A stretch of 64,000 bases of DNA from Octopus sinensis (lineage: Eukaryota), in contig NC_043001.1 in NCBI RefSeq assembly GCF_006345805.1, forward strand, positions 24,242,001 to 24,306,000, given 5' to 3'. The notes under the pieces were generated by a model. That model ran no database searches. It was not told the origin of the DNA and worked only from the letters and a program-made list of their open reading frames with translations. A program made the translations under genes and the position numbers. Shown piece by piece: positions 38,761-52,279 of this stretch. Position 1 is the stretch's first letter. Every line of letters begins with the position of its first letter.

Positions 38761-41290
38761 TCTTGAGACCTTGTTGCACAGCTTCATACCACAGTATTTC
38801 CTGGCAGTGATGTAGTAGGATGTGACAACAGCAGACTTTACTTAGCAGAGATAAGGATTTTTATTGAAAAATTTCCTTCACCTAGGGACTTCCTTGAACT
38901 CTAAAAGTTAAGTGCTTTACTTTTTTCCTCACAACCAGGAATATATGTCACTCGACTGGTTGGTCCCATCCATCACTTCTTCACAGGATTTCCTATTTCT
39001 TTATTGCCCACAAGGGGCTAAACATAGAGGAGAAAAAACGAGGACAGACAGAGGGATTAAGTCGATTACATCGACCCCAGTCTGTAACTTGTACTTAATT
39101 TATCGACCCCGAAAGGATTAAAAGCAAAGTCGACCTCAGCAGAATTTGAACTCAGAACTAACAGCAGACGAAATACCGCTAGGCATTTCACCCGGCTCGC
39201 TAACGTTTCTGCCAGCTCGCCGCCTTTTTCACAGGATTTCCTTGGTCTTCCTCTTCTGCAAATTCCTCCTCTATAGATTGCTTAACATTTATCTACACAC
39301 TACATCTGATTTCCTTTATACCCAGTCATTTGTGTTTTGTCCATGTACACTAATATTGCACAACCAGCAGAGAATTATTACTTCATTTTTTTTTCATCCT
39401 TGTCCATCCTCCAGTTTCACTATCCATATTTCACTACTATGTGTGTGTGTGACCCCCTTCGGTCATGACTGACCATGGGATTGCACCTAGAAAGTTACCC
39501 TCCGAGGCACAAGTCTGGGCAAGGTTGTTTATGGAAGACTAGCAGTTGCCCGTGCATACCAGCCTCCCCTCTCCACGCCACCGATGTTATCCAAGGGAAA
39601 GGCAAAGGCCGATACAGCTTGGCACTAGTGATGTCGTAGCTCATTTATTAATGTGCAAGTGGCTGAGCACTCCACAGACACGTGTACCCTTAACGTAGTT
39701 CTCAGGGAGATTCAGCGTGACACAGAGTGTGACAAGGCTGGCCCTTTGAAATACAGGTACAACAGAAACAGGAAGAAGGAGTGAGAGAAAGATGTGGAGA
39801 AAGAGTACAGCAGGGTTCACCACCACCCCCTACTAGAGCCTCAAGGAGCTTTAGGTGTTTTCGCTCAATAAACACTCACAATGCCTGGTCTGGGAATCAA
39901 AGCTGCGATCCTACAACAGCGAATCCGCTGCCCTAACCAGTGAAATGTGGAGGCGCAATGCGCCTCCACATTTCACTACTATACAACATTATATACATAA
40001 GTATTTTACAATCTGCTCTTCCAATGAGAAAATCCCCTACATGCCAACAGAAGTAACAGCTCCCTGAACTGTCTCCATTTTGTTCTTAATTAAGTATTGA
40101 GTGCTTTATTTTTCATCATGCAATCAACCTTGTGTATGTGTGTGTGTTAAAGGTTCTAATAATTCTGTGTTGAAACAAAAGAGTTTATCGCATCAAGTGA
40201 TCCATCTGAGAGCATCAAAAAGTGTTTAAAACAATTTCATAAAACTATTAATAATATACTGTAATATTTTTTAATTGATAGATTTCAATGATTTTCTTAA
40301 ATTTTCTATAAGAAAGCTATCACGATTTGTGAAATCTATTGAATACAAGCAATCTTATCCCTCTCTCTCTCTCTTTCTTTCTCTCTCTCCCTTCCCACAT
40401 ACACACACTCTCTCTTCCTGTACCCTTCTCTCATTTTTCTCTACCCTCGCTCTTTTTCTCATACACACTTTCTCTCTCCATATGCTTCTCTCACTTTCCC
40501 TCTCTCTGTCTCTTCCACTCTCTCCCTCTCACATATTTACTCCTCTTTGTAACCATTAGATTTTGAAACTACAGCATTCAAAATTTTATCAAAAAAAAAA
40601 AAATGAATAGAAAATTTAGAGAAGAGAACTGCTTTTAAATTTTCCAACAAACGTTTACAATTTAATGTTAAAATCTGTTCTGATATCTCCAGTCCAAAAA
40701 AGCACTCTCTTCTTTGAAATACCTCACTCTCTCTTTCTCTCTCTCTCTCTCTCTTTTTTTCTCTCTCTCTCTCTCCCTCCCCACACACACATGTATAACT
40801 GTACATATACACTTATGTACAAATTATATATACATATACTTAATATAAGTGTACAAACACATATGAAATCTATGAATACATGGATATATATTTCATTAAA
40901 AAGAAAAGATTTTTCCTTTATAAAATTTTAAGTACGTTATCAAAACATTGCCACTAAGAGCTCTTTGGTATTATTCTAAGGTTATAAAATTAACATGAGA
41001 GATTTTTGACCAGTAAAAAAAAAGATCTTGAGCTGTAATATTAAAGTAACTGAATTGACATTTATTTTTTTCCTTGTAATGGTTTTGCTGATTGGATTGT
41101 GGTTATGTGAGTCATTATCTCAAAGGCTTTAGTCAATCAAATCAACCTTAGTACTTATTTTATTGGTTTCCTTTTTGCTGCACCTCTAAGTTACAAGGAA
41201 GTAAACAAACCGACATGGGTTGACAAGCAGTGTGAGACAAACACAAAGACACACAAGTATGAGTGTGTGTGTGTGTGATATGTGTGTGTA

Positions 41291-41486
41291 TACATTATTT
41301 ACATTTGACGGATATTTGTCCTCATCTGGTTTGTTGTTAACACAACCTCTCAGCTGATATACCCTCCAGTCTTCTTCAGGAAATTTCCCCAAGACACCTG
41401 AAGAAGGCTGGAGGGTATATCAACTGAAACGTTGTGTTAACAACAAACAAGATGAGGACAAATATCTGTCGAATGCAAATAATGTA
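41291..41486. repeat. Head-to-head inverted pair of PLE-type terminal repeats with an HHR motif in the right arm
   Basis: Arms 41291-41380 and 41397-41486 with a 16-bp spacer. The right side reads GACAC-CUGAAGA-A-GGCUG..CAACU-GAAA-CG-UU-GUGUU (41393-41438). Confidence 0.75.
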
Positions 41487-41595
41487 AATAACGTACATAA
41501 TTCCTCATCTCTTAAATATAGAAATGTGTGTGTATGTTTGTGTGTGTGTGATATGTGTGTGTATGTTTGTGTATATATATATAATTAATATAAAT

Positions 41596-42474
<879 letters not shown>

Positions 42475-43514
42475 TAGACAGATAAAGGGAGAGAGATGGA
42501 TGGATGGATGGATGGATGGATGGGTTGATAGATGGATGAATAGATGGATAGATGGTAGATGGATGGATAGATAGATAGATAGGCAGACAGACAGACATAT
42601 TGTGCTTTCTAGATGTTAGAATAGGTACACTGTATTTCTGTGTCATAAGCAGTGACTAAATGGGTTGGTATTATGAAGGACATCAGATCATAACTCATAC
42701 TTCAAAAGATCCCTTCTGGTTGATGCCAATATGGAAAAATGGACACAGAAACCATGGTGTATGTGTGTGTTTCTCTGTGTGTGCATTTCTCAGGGTGTGT
42801 GTGTGTATGTATTAAGAACTATTTACAATATTTCTTTATAATATGATTGGTGGATTGGATTTTCTAATACAAATATATTCACATCATATTCTAAATTGCT
42901 ACAAAACAGATTAGGCTGTCAAGTGTTTTGACATTGTTTGACTATGGCTGAAATTTTAATGTGACAAAAGCTAAAGTTGAGTTGAATTTATATATCAAAG
43001 TTTTCATATATTAATTCTGTATGATGAGAATTCTGTGCACAACATTTGACAATATTATTTCTCATTTCAATAGGAATTATAGAATTCCTATTCAGTCTGA
43101 ACAGTTCTAAAATGAACGCCAGTTGGCAGTAAAATCCTCAGTTAAAGGTTGAAAGAGTTTCACAGTCTCTGCTTATGTTCAATAGTATTTTTGAAGTTTG
43201 CTGCTGATAGGCAACTTTGAAATGTAGTCTTTATTATTCCTTTGTTCTTTATACTTGTTTCAGTCATTTGACTGTGGCCATGCTGGAGCACTGCCTTCAG
43301 TTGAGCAAATCGATTCCAGGACTTATTCTTTGTAAGCTTAGCACTTATTCTGTCAGTTGTCAAGCGATGTTTGGGGAACAAACACAGACATACAAACATA
43401 TACATACACACATACACACACACATACATATATATATATACGATGGGCTTATTTCAGTGGGAATGAACCCAGAACAGTGTGGTTGGTAAGCAAGCTACTC
43501 CTGTGCCTGTTATA

Positions 43515-43975
<461 letters not shown>

Positions 43976-44641
43976 TACTATGTATATCTTTTATCTATAT
44001 CTTTTACTTGTTTCATTCATTGAACTACAACCATAGTAGGACCCACTTTGAAGGTTTAGTCAAAAGAATTGACTGCAGTACTTATCTTTTCAGTTTGGTA
44101 TTTATTTTGTCAATCAATCTCTCTTGCTGAACAACTGCTAAGTAACAAGATCACAGACAAACCAGCATTGGTTTTCAAGCAGTTGGGACACAAACACAAA
44201 GACACACAACATTTACATAGATATGTGGAGTACCATGGGATTCCACATAGTTTCCATCAACAAAAAGGTATTGTGCAGTGGGAATTGCAAAGCAAAAAAA
44301 AAAGGTGCTGTGCAGTGGGAGTTGCAAGCCATGCCTGCATGCACACACACACATATATACAAACACACACACACACGCACACACGCACACACATCAACAT
44401 ACACACACAAACACAAACATACACACACAAACACAAAAACACAAAAACACAAAACACAAAACACACAAACACACACACACACTTTTTCAATATATAATAA
44501 TATTGATGGAAGATGGATGTTAAATGGTGATGATGATAACGATTGATTGAGTGATTGATTTTTACCTGTTGTACATCACTAATGCTAGTTTCATTCGGTT
44601 GATGCAGTACAGATGAAAGTAAAATTATATATTTATAAGCG

Positions 44642-44691
<50 letters not shown>

Positions 44692-46234
44692 TGTTATGCT
44701 GAAGCATATATTTATAAATTACAGGTAAAAACCTTAATATCTGGCATTGCTGGCAATAGATAGGAATTGTGTTCTGTAAAAGAGTCAAAACCAATTTCCC
44801 TTGCAGCTCATCAGAAACCAATTAAATCAACTTCCAAGGAATTAATAAGAATATAATCAAAAGTGTTGTCTTGACATTTGTTGATTAATCTAACAGTCTC
44901 TTCAATAGTTTCGTCCCTGTCTTTATTCTGTGATCTGTCTTTAGGTCACAATTTCAATTGCTATGACTGTCATAAATGGAATCTATTATCTAGATGTGGA
45001 GAATCTTTCTGCTACATGATACACATTAAAAACTATGTGCTACGAATTAAATTTTACCAAAGCCTCACATTCATCTCATTTCGATCAGTGATACCTAAAT
45101 TTGCTTTGGTTTGATCAGATATTAAACCTCTAAAATTAATAACATAATTAATTTTAAATCCATTTCAATAAGAGTAGAATAAAAAATATTATTTTTGTTT
45201 CATTATAATAATCTTTAGCTACACAACTTGTCAGGTTGTCTTTAAGTCCACAAATGATTGTTGCTCTCTTAAATAAAGCAAGTATTGCTGTACTTGCCTT
45301 ATAACAGCATAAAAGAGTACTGAATACTTGTACTGTTGTCATAGCAACTACATAAACAGAAAAATCAAAGAAATTTTGTCTGGCCAGTAAAATAGCTCAG
45401 ATTGCTTTTATGAAAACACACCAAGCAGAACATAAGATGTATTGTATATTATTATATCCATGTACTGGATCAAAAATATTTTATCACCTGTACAAATACA
45501 GCATGATACTGCTGTAGTAATAGTGCCTATTGGATACCATCAACAATCATATTAATAGGGGACAGTGATTGTGGTATAAAGATATTATGATGTACCAGGG
45601 AACATTGTAGAGATAGCATATGGGCTTTGTTCGTGATAATACAAGAACAACATGCATTTTGTAATGCTGCAGAGAAGACATTGTTTTGGTAATATACAAT
45701 CATTGTCAAATTCTGCCGAGGTCGACTTTGCCCTTTATCCTGTTGTGGTTGATAAATTAAGAACCAGTAGCATACTTGGAGTCAATCTAATTGACAGGCC
45801 CCCTCCCCCAAAATTATAATGAAATAAAATTGTACTATAGGCACAATGCCTGGATTTTGTGGGGAGGGGGACAGTCAATCACATTGACTCCAGTACTCAA
45901 CTGGCACTTAATTTATTGACCCTGAAAGGATGAAAGGCAAAGTCGACTTTGGCAGAATTTGAAATCAGAACATAGCAGCAGATGAAATACCGCTAAGCAT
46001 TTTGCCCGGCATACTAACAATTCTGCCAGTTTGCCACCTATGTCATTAGAATATTACAAGAAAGAATTACTAAACAGATTCTTGAATCAGCAGAAGGTCT
46101 AGGGTAGACCAAGAATGAAATGGTTGGATAAAATCCATAGATTCAGTTGGTCATACTTAGGAATCTAGCTGGAAAGTCTAATGACATTTGCTTCTGGTAG
46201 GACCCTATGGCGGAGGGTCATGAGAACAACTTTC

Positions 46235-46685
46235 CTGGAAATAGTGGGCATGGATACATTGAAACTCCGATGTCTAGCAGCTGACTTGGCAGACACCCAT
46301 AAAATTATTAACCATCTTACTAACAATAACTCTGAGCACCTTTTCAAACTCCACCTGTCTAACACCTGTGGACATGTTTACAAAGTCAGAAAACAGCATA
46401 ACTCCCATGACTTTCGGAAACATTTTTTCACGCTAAGAGTTGCTGAAGCATGGAACAAACTGCCAGCATCAGTTGTTAGTTGTCGGAGCACTGCATCCTT
46501 CAAAACTTCCATGCTTCCCGAGATTCGCCAACACTACACCTGATTTTTTCCCCTCCATACACATGCAAGCATGTATCTGACTCATACACTGTTCACTTTC
46601 CAGACATTTGTACATCACTGCATATGCTTTATACGCACTTTTGACAAGTTGTGGTGCAACTGAGCACTGTATACAATAATTTCAT
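46235..46685 (+). mobile_element. 5'-truncated CR1-clade LINE, same family as 1011-1636
   Basis: LGMDTLKLR.LAADL.DTHKIINHLTNNNSEHLF...HDFRKHFFTLRVAEAWNKLP, with a longer 3' UTR than the first copy. Confidence 0.9.
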
Positions 46686-48537
46686 ATAGTTGAATGAATG
46701 AATGGACTTTATTGACCCTGGACAGGTGAAAACTAAAGTTCACCACTTGCAGAATATATATTCAGATTATAGATGGCCAAAATTAAATATTGTGATTCCT
46801 TTAGACAACTACCATGCTATTTCTGTTAAATCTCTGCTCTCAATAGAAATTTATATTGATTTCTAATATTTTTTATTTATTCTTAACATTCAGTGGATAT
46901 TAACATTAACTGTATAAATATTATAATCCAAAGCATATAGATACTTGTTTGTTCGTGTGCGTTTATATGTGCACTTGTGTATGTATGTGTTATGTGTGTG
47001 TGTATGTGTGTGTGTGTATAAATCTATGTGTATATGTAAGTATATATATGGATGTGTGTGTGTGTGTGTGTGTACTCATATTTGCATGTATACATGTGTG
47101 TATATGTTCATATTTATGTATATGAACACATTTGTGTGTGTGTGTACGTATTTATGTGTGTATGTATACATTTTTGTATGTGTGTATATATATGTATGTG
47201 TGAGTGTGTGTGTGTGTATTAATCTGAAGAATGCAATATTTATAAATGCTTAATGAGTTAGAAGATTTCCTTATAGTAAATAATCTATGCATGGATGTGT
47301 TGAGTGGCATAGTGAAGATTAATTCTGATTTCCTCCAATTGAAACCATTCATTAAAAGCTCAGTTGTCATTTCAACATTGATTTAATCAATGTTCAATAA
47401 TCATATTGAATCAATATTGAATCACAACTGATTTTTAAGCACAAAAATTTACATGGAATTCTGACATTCAATCAACAGTAATGAGTGAATCTTAAATCAA
47501 TATCGAAACATGGTAGATCTAATATCAAATGTGAGTTAATCTCTTTCATTTATTGATAGCTTTGATAGTTTAATCTGTAAAAAAAATTAGGAAAGGTAAA
47601 GAACATGAAAAAGTTAAGAGAGCTAACTTCTCCATAAATATTTTGTATATAATTTTCTTAACCAAGAAACTGTATTCTTCCATTTTCTCAGGGTATTTTA
47701 CACAAATCTGACAGTAATTTTTCTTTAAAATCTGATGTCCAGCTATCGACATGCATTTGTGTAAATGCTAAGTAATGTTCATGGTGCTAAGTACCTTGTA
47801 CTTTAAAAATGTACTCTACATTTGGAGGAGTTACATACAAATGAAGAACATTAATACAACTATGGATTAGGTTTATGTTAAATCCAGATTAAGAAAAGAC
47901 AAATTGTGTCCTAGTGATTCTAAACTCCTAGGTGATTGTTTGTCTACTAACAAGGAGTCGAAGTTCGTCCGAAGTTCTTACAAGAGTTGGAATTATTGTC
48001 ATCATTATTTTGATTAACGATCAATGATAGAGACCAGGTGACATTCATAATTAAATTTATCATATTTGTATTGACTCTAAGGTGGCGAGCTGGCACAGTG
48101 ATTAGTATGCTGGGGAAAATGCTTAGTGGTGTTTTGTCTGGTTGTATGTTCTAGGTTCAAATTCTGCTGAGGTCAGCTTTGCCTTACATCCTTTCGGGGT
48201 TGATAAATTTCATGTTTCACTCATTCCCCTTCCTTCTCTCTCTCTCTCTACCTGTATGTGTATATTTCTGCACATAAAAAAAGCACCCAAGCTAGTGTCA
48301 CATAGAAAAGTAGCCATGCTGGCATCATATAAAAAAGCAGCTGTGCTAGTGTCACGCAAAGGAGCATGCCAGCACCATGTAAAAGACCACTTGCTCCAAT
48401 GCCACATAAAAATACACCCATACTGGTGGAATTTGAACTCAGAATGTACTTGCTCTTGAATATTAAGATCTCTCCCATTTATACCATGAATCACACACAC
48501 AAACATGCAGGCACATAGGTATATATATATATATATA

Positions 48538-49007
48538 TCGAAATCAAATTCGATGACTGGCATCAGTACTAGTGGAGCGCTAAAAATACCATCCGAGCGT
48601 GATCGTTGCCAGCAACAAACTGACTTCCGTATGCTGGTGGTATGTAAAAAGCATCATTCGAGCATGATCATTACCTGCGTTGCCTTACTGGCACTTGTGT
48701 GGTGGCATGTGAAAAACATTCAAGCAAGGTCATTGCCAGTGCCGCTGGAGTGGCTCCTGTGCAGGTGGCACACAAGCACCATTTGAGCATGGCCATTGCC
48801 AGTACCGCCTGACTGGCCCTCATGCCAGTGGCGCATAAAAGCACCTGCTACATTCTTGGAGTGGTTGGCATTAGGAAGGGCATCCAGCTGTAGAGACTCT
48901 GCCAGATCTCATTGGAGCCAGGTGCAGCCATCTGGTTCGCCAAACCTCAGTCAAATCGTCCAACCCATGCTAGCATGGAAAGTGGACGTTAAACGATGAT
49001 GATGATA
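48538..49007 (+). mobile_element. RTE LINE 3' UTR and tail
   Basis: atcgaaatcaaattcgatgactggcatc..., subrepeats, ...ggacgttaaacgatgatgatg. Confidence 0.85.
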
Positions 49008-49011
49008 TATC

Positions 49012-49712
49012 ATCATCATCATCATCATTGTTTAGCGTCCGTTTTCCATGCTGGCATGGGTCGGACGGTGCAACTGGGGTCTGGGAAGCCAGAAGGCTGC
49101 ACCAGGCCCAGTCTGATCTGGCAATGTTTCTATGGCTGGATGCCCTTCCTAATGCCAACCACTCCATGAGTGTAGTGGGTGCTTTTTACGTGCCACCGGC
49201 ACAGGTGCCAGACGAGACTGGCAAACGGCCACGGTTGGATGGTGCTTTTTACGTGCCACTGGCACGGAGGCCAGGCGAGGCTGGCAATGGCCACGATTGG
49301 GTGGTGCTTTTTACGTGCCACTGGCATGGAAGCCAGTCGGGGCGTCGCTGGCATGGTCATGTTCGGATGGTTCTCTTATGTGTCACCGGCACTGGTATCA
49401 CAGCTACAATTTCCATTGATGTTGATCAATTTAGCTTTTGATTTCACTTGCCTCAACAGGTCTTCACAAGTAGGGTTTTGTGTCCCAAGAAGGAAAGTTA
49501 TGCATAGGTGGACTGAGGCCATGGGTTATGGTCTCACTTGTCCTGCCGAGTCTTCTCACGCACAGCATAATTCCAAAGGTCTCAGTCTCTAGTCATTTCC
49601 TCGGTGAGACCTAAAGTTCGAAGGTCGTGCTTCACCACCTCATCCCAGGTTTTCCTGGGTCTACCTCTTCCACAGGTTCCCTCAACCGCTAGGGTGTGGC
49701 ACTTTTTCACAC
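49012..49712 (-). mobile_element. 5'-truncated RTE LINE (RT C-terminus, 3' UTR, tail)
   Basis: The minus strand reads SCVKKCHTLAVEGTCGRGRPRKTWDEVVKHDLRTLGLTEEMTRD*DLWNYAVREKTRQDK*, continuous with the UTR subrepeats and (GAT)n. This shows the abundant short copies are LINE 3' ends. Confidence 0.9.
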
Positions 49713-50165
49713 AACTATCTTATATATGCCAGCATGGAAAAAGTATATGTATTTGTGAAGGGAGCTGACTTCTCGTCGACAACCATGATTGTCACACGCT
49801 GATGAGAGGTAAACACCTTGAAACTCGAGTCCGTGTGTATCATGAGTTGAAGACGGGGAGGATGACTTCCCTTCACAAATGCTGAGAGGACACAGATAGT
49901 GTGTCTATAGCCAGCTGGAGGAGATATCTTCCTGGGGCTACAAACTACAGTAGCATCCACCCTTAGGGGTTAGCCATATTCAAATGGCAAATATGCGTCA
50001 TGATATATATATATATATTTATTTATGTATGTTTGTCTTTTTTTCTCTTTTACATAATAGTAATAAAAATATATTTTAAATAAATGAATAAAAAATATTA
50101 AGAATAAATAAATCTTAATATTACATATATATATTTTATTTTTTTATTTTTTCTTGTATTTCCAG

Positions 50166-50274
50166 TGGCTGAATTTGCACAACAAGTTGCTGTAGTATAC
50201 GAAAATTTTTCAAAGGAACTAGATTCTGTGATAACAACATTTAGGAAAACAAGTAAAGATTTAAAGAAAGACAG
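50166..50274 (+). CDS. Internal coding exon of the host gene: (x)AEFAQQVAVVYENFSKELDSVITTFRKTSKDLKKD(R/S). Predicted helical/F-BAR-like; tentatively similar to the N-terminal region of invertebrate STAC-like SH3/C1 proteins
   Basis: Strong acceptor ttttcttgtatttccag and donor ag|gtaaat. 109 bp, phase 1 in and phase 2 out, open frame, non-repetitive composition. The family resemblance is from memory of insect AE.FEQ.A..YE...ELQ.LV..FRK...ELRKER sequences and is unverified. Confidence 0.72.
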
Positions 50275-50539
50275 GTAAATATTTTAATATTTCACACTCT
50301 TTCTCTTTCAGTTTCAAGAAAACCGAAATCCATTGAACATCATTGTTGTTATAATTTGCTTCACATCATTACATATTGTCATGGTTTCTACTCACTGTAA
50401 TAATATATTCATCCTGATCTCTTGATGTACGTGGAATATACTGACAATTTTACCATTCCCACTTGCAAATATATTCTACATATTCTGAAAATGACTTTGC
50501 CATCCCTTCCATAGACATCGCTATTGTATAGCTATTATC

Positions 50540-50720
50540 TACTACTACTACTACCACCACCACCACTACCACCACTACGACCACCACAACTACTACTACC
50601 ACTACCACTACTACCACCACAACTACTACCACTACCACCACCACTACTACCACTACCACCACCACTAATACCATTACCACCACTACAACTACCACTAGTA
50701 CAACTGCTACTGCTGCAGCT
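50540..50720. repeat. (CTA/CCA)n trinucleotide tract
   Basis: Direct inspection. Confidence 0.9.
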
Positions 50721-50761
50721 GCTATTGATGATGATGATGTCTATCTATTTGTCTATCTATC

Positions 50762-50817
<56 letters not shown>

Positions 50818-51240
50818 CTACACATCTGTACATATGTATGTATATACGTATGTATGTATGTGTATAAGTAATAGTTTAAAATTTGACATACACTTCGTAG
50901 TATGCCGTTTAAAGCCCATTCACAGTTTTTGACTCCCTGATGATATCAACAGTAAGGATTTAACATGTGTTTCTCATGTTTGTGAGTAGCTACAGACAAC
51001 CACCACAATGTATTCTAATTGAAATAAGTGAAACAGATTAAAAAATGAGGCAACTTTTGACAAGTCACCCAAAGAGACACCACTGCACCAATGATGCACC
51101 ACAAATGTTTGCATGGCATCTCAACCTGCGAAGGAGTGATGTACAATGGGTTGAAATGATCATAGAGATTAATAAAGATTCTCTTAAATTTAAGTTTCTT
51201 TGTTTTTCTCTCTTATCATATACATATATATTTATATATA

Positions 51241-51445
51241 TAAGTACAAAGTGAGATAGGGGTTGTGAGTGTAACCCTCTATGGGATAACATATATCCAA
51301 TATACTGCCAGTAAAGCACCCAGAAATGCTAATACATAAATGCTAAGAATTGCAATGCAATTAATTCATTTATTGTATTACATGGGCGAAGGTAAAATGT
51401 TTTACCTCAAATTAAAGTGTATACCTCCATTTTCTTATTTTGTAT
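51241..51445. repeat. TA-bounded dispersed repeat, inverted relative to 56590-56760
   Basis: agtacaaagt.agataggggtt...gcaatgcaattaattcatttattgtatt matches the reverse complement of ~56590-56760. Confidence 0.8.
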
Positions 51446-51494
51446 ATATATATATATAAGTATATATGTATGTGTATGTATGTATGTATATATA

Positions 51495-51698
51495 TATCGC
51501 CATGATAGATTGCTAGCCACTACACATTCTTTACTTTCTCTCTTTATTTTCTCTCCTTGTTTCTTTCTGTGTTTCTTTCTGTGGAAGAGCGTAGGCTCGA
51601 AACATTAAAGACCTTTTCACTTCCCAAGCATTATAGTAATACATCTGATTGTTATCTACACCACATGTCTTCTTCTTTTGTTTTTTTGTGAATTCTCC

Positions 51699-51700
<2 letters not shown>
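51495..51700 (+). mobile_element. Solo PLE-type terminal repeat with a minimal HHR-like motif (51574-51611)
   Basis: UCUUU-CUGUGGA-A-GAGC(GUAG)GCUC-GAAA-CA-UU-AAAGA, flanked by (TA)n. Confidence 0.6.
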
Positions 51701-51743
<43 letters not shown>

Positions 51744-51911
51744 AGAAGTAAATGTAGAGACAAGCAAGTTAGACAGATTCATATCTAAAGTATATTAAAT
51801 ACTTATAGCCACTCAAGTTTAAATCTCTTGAACACTACTGAGTGAATTCTGTATGGAGAATATCTGATTCCTGTCTATGAACTATATATACATATGTATG
51901 TGTGTGTGTAT

Positions 51912-51957
<46 letters not shown>

Positions 51958-52279
51958 CATCAGTAGTTCATTTGTCTGAAAAAGAACTACTCGATAAACC
52001 ATTAGAGCAGTAGTATATCTTTTTAGAAAGTGAAATGTTATGGCCAGTCATAATGACCATTAGTTTCACACCGATGAAGTGTTAAGCAGTATAGGCAACT
52101 CGTCAGACTCAAATGGCCAAAGGTTTATAACCTCTCTACAACTGGAGGAAGAAATACACCATGGTCAGCTACTTTTGTAAATAAAATATTTGTTCATGCT
52201 GCAAGCAAGACATGTTATCCTCCTTACATTCGCTCCAGCTATGGTGATATTCAAAGGAAGTGTGGTTGGCTTATTCAAT

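Noticed and set aside
44785-44820. HHR candidate (CTGATGA...GAAA on the minus strand)
   Set aside because: Stems I and II do not pair.
49185-49390. CRISPR-like repeat/spacer pattern
   Set aside because: The linkers are homologous to one another, and the array is part of an RTE LINE 3' UTR continuous with the RT ORF.
49730-49990. HDV-like ribozyme next to the RTE fragment
   Set aside because: The GGCTA/TAGCC pairing lacks the P1.1 GG, P3/L3 and J4/2 elements. The segment remains unassigned.
50450-50871. Poly-Val and poly-Pro/Leu ORFs
   Set aside because: A (CTA/CCA)n simple repeat.
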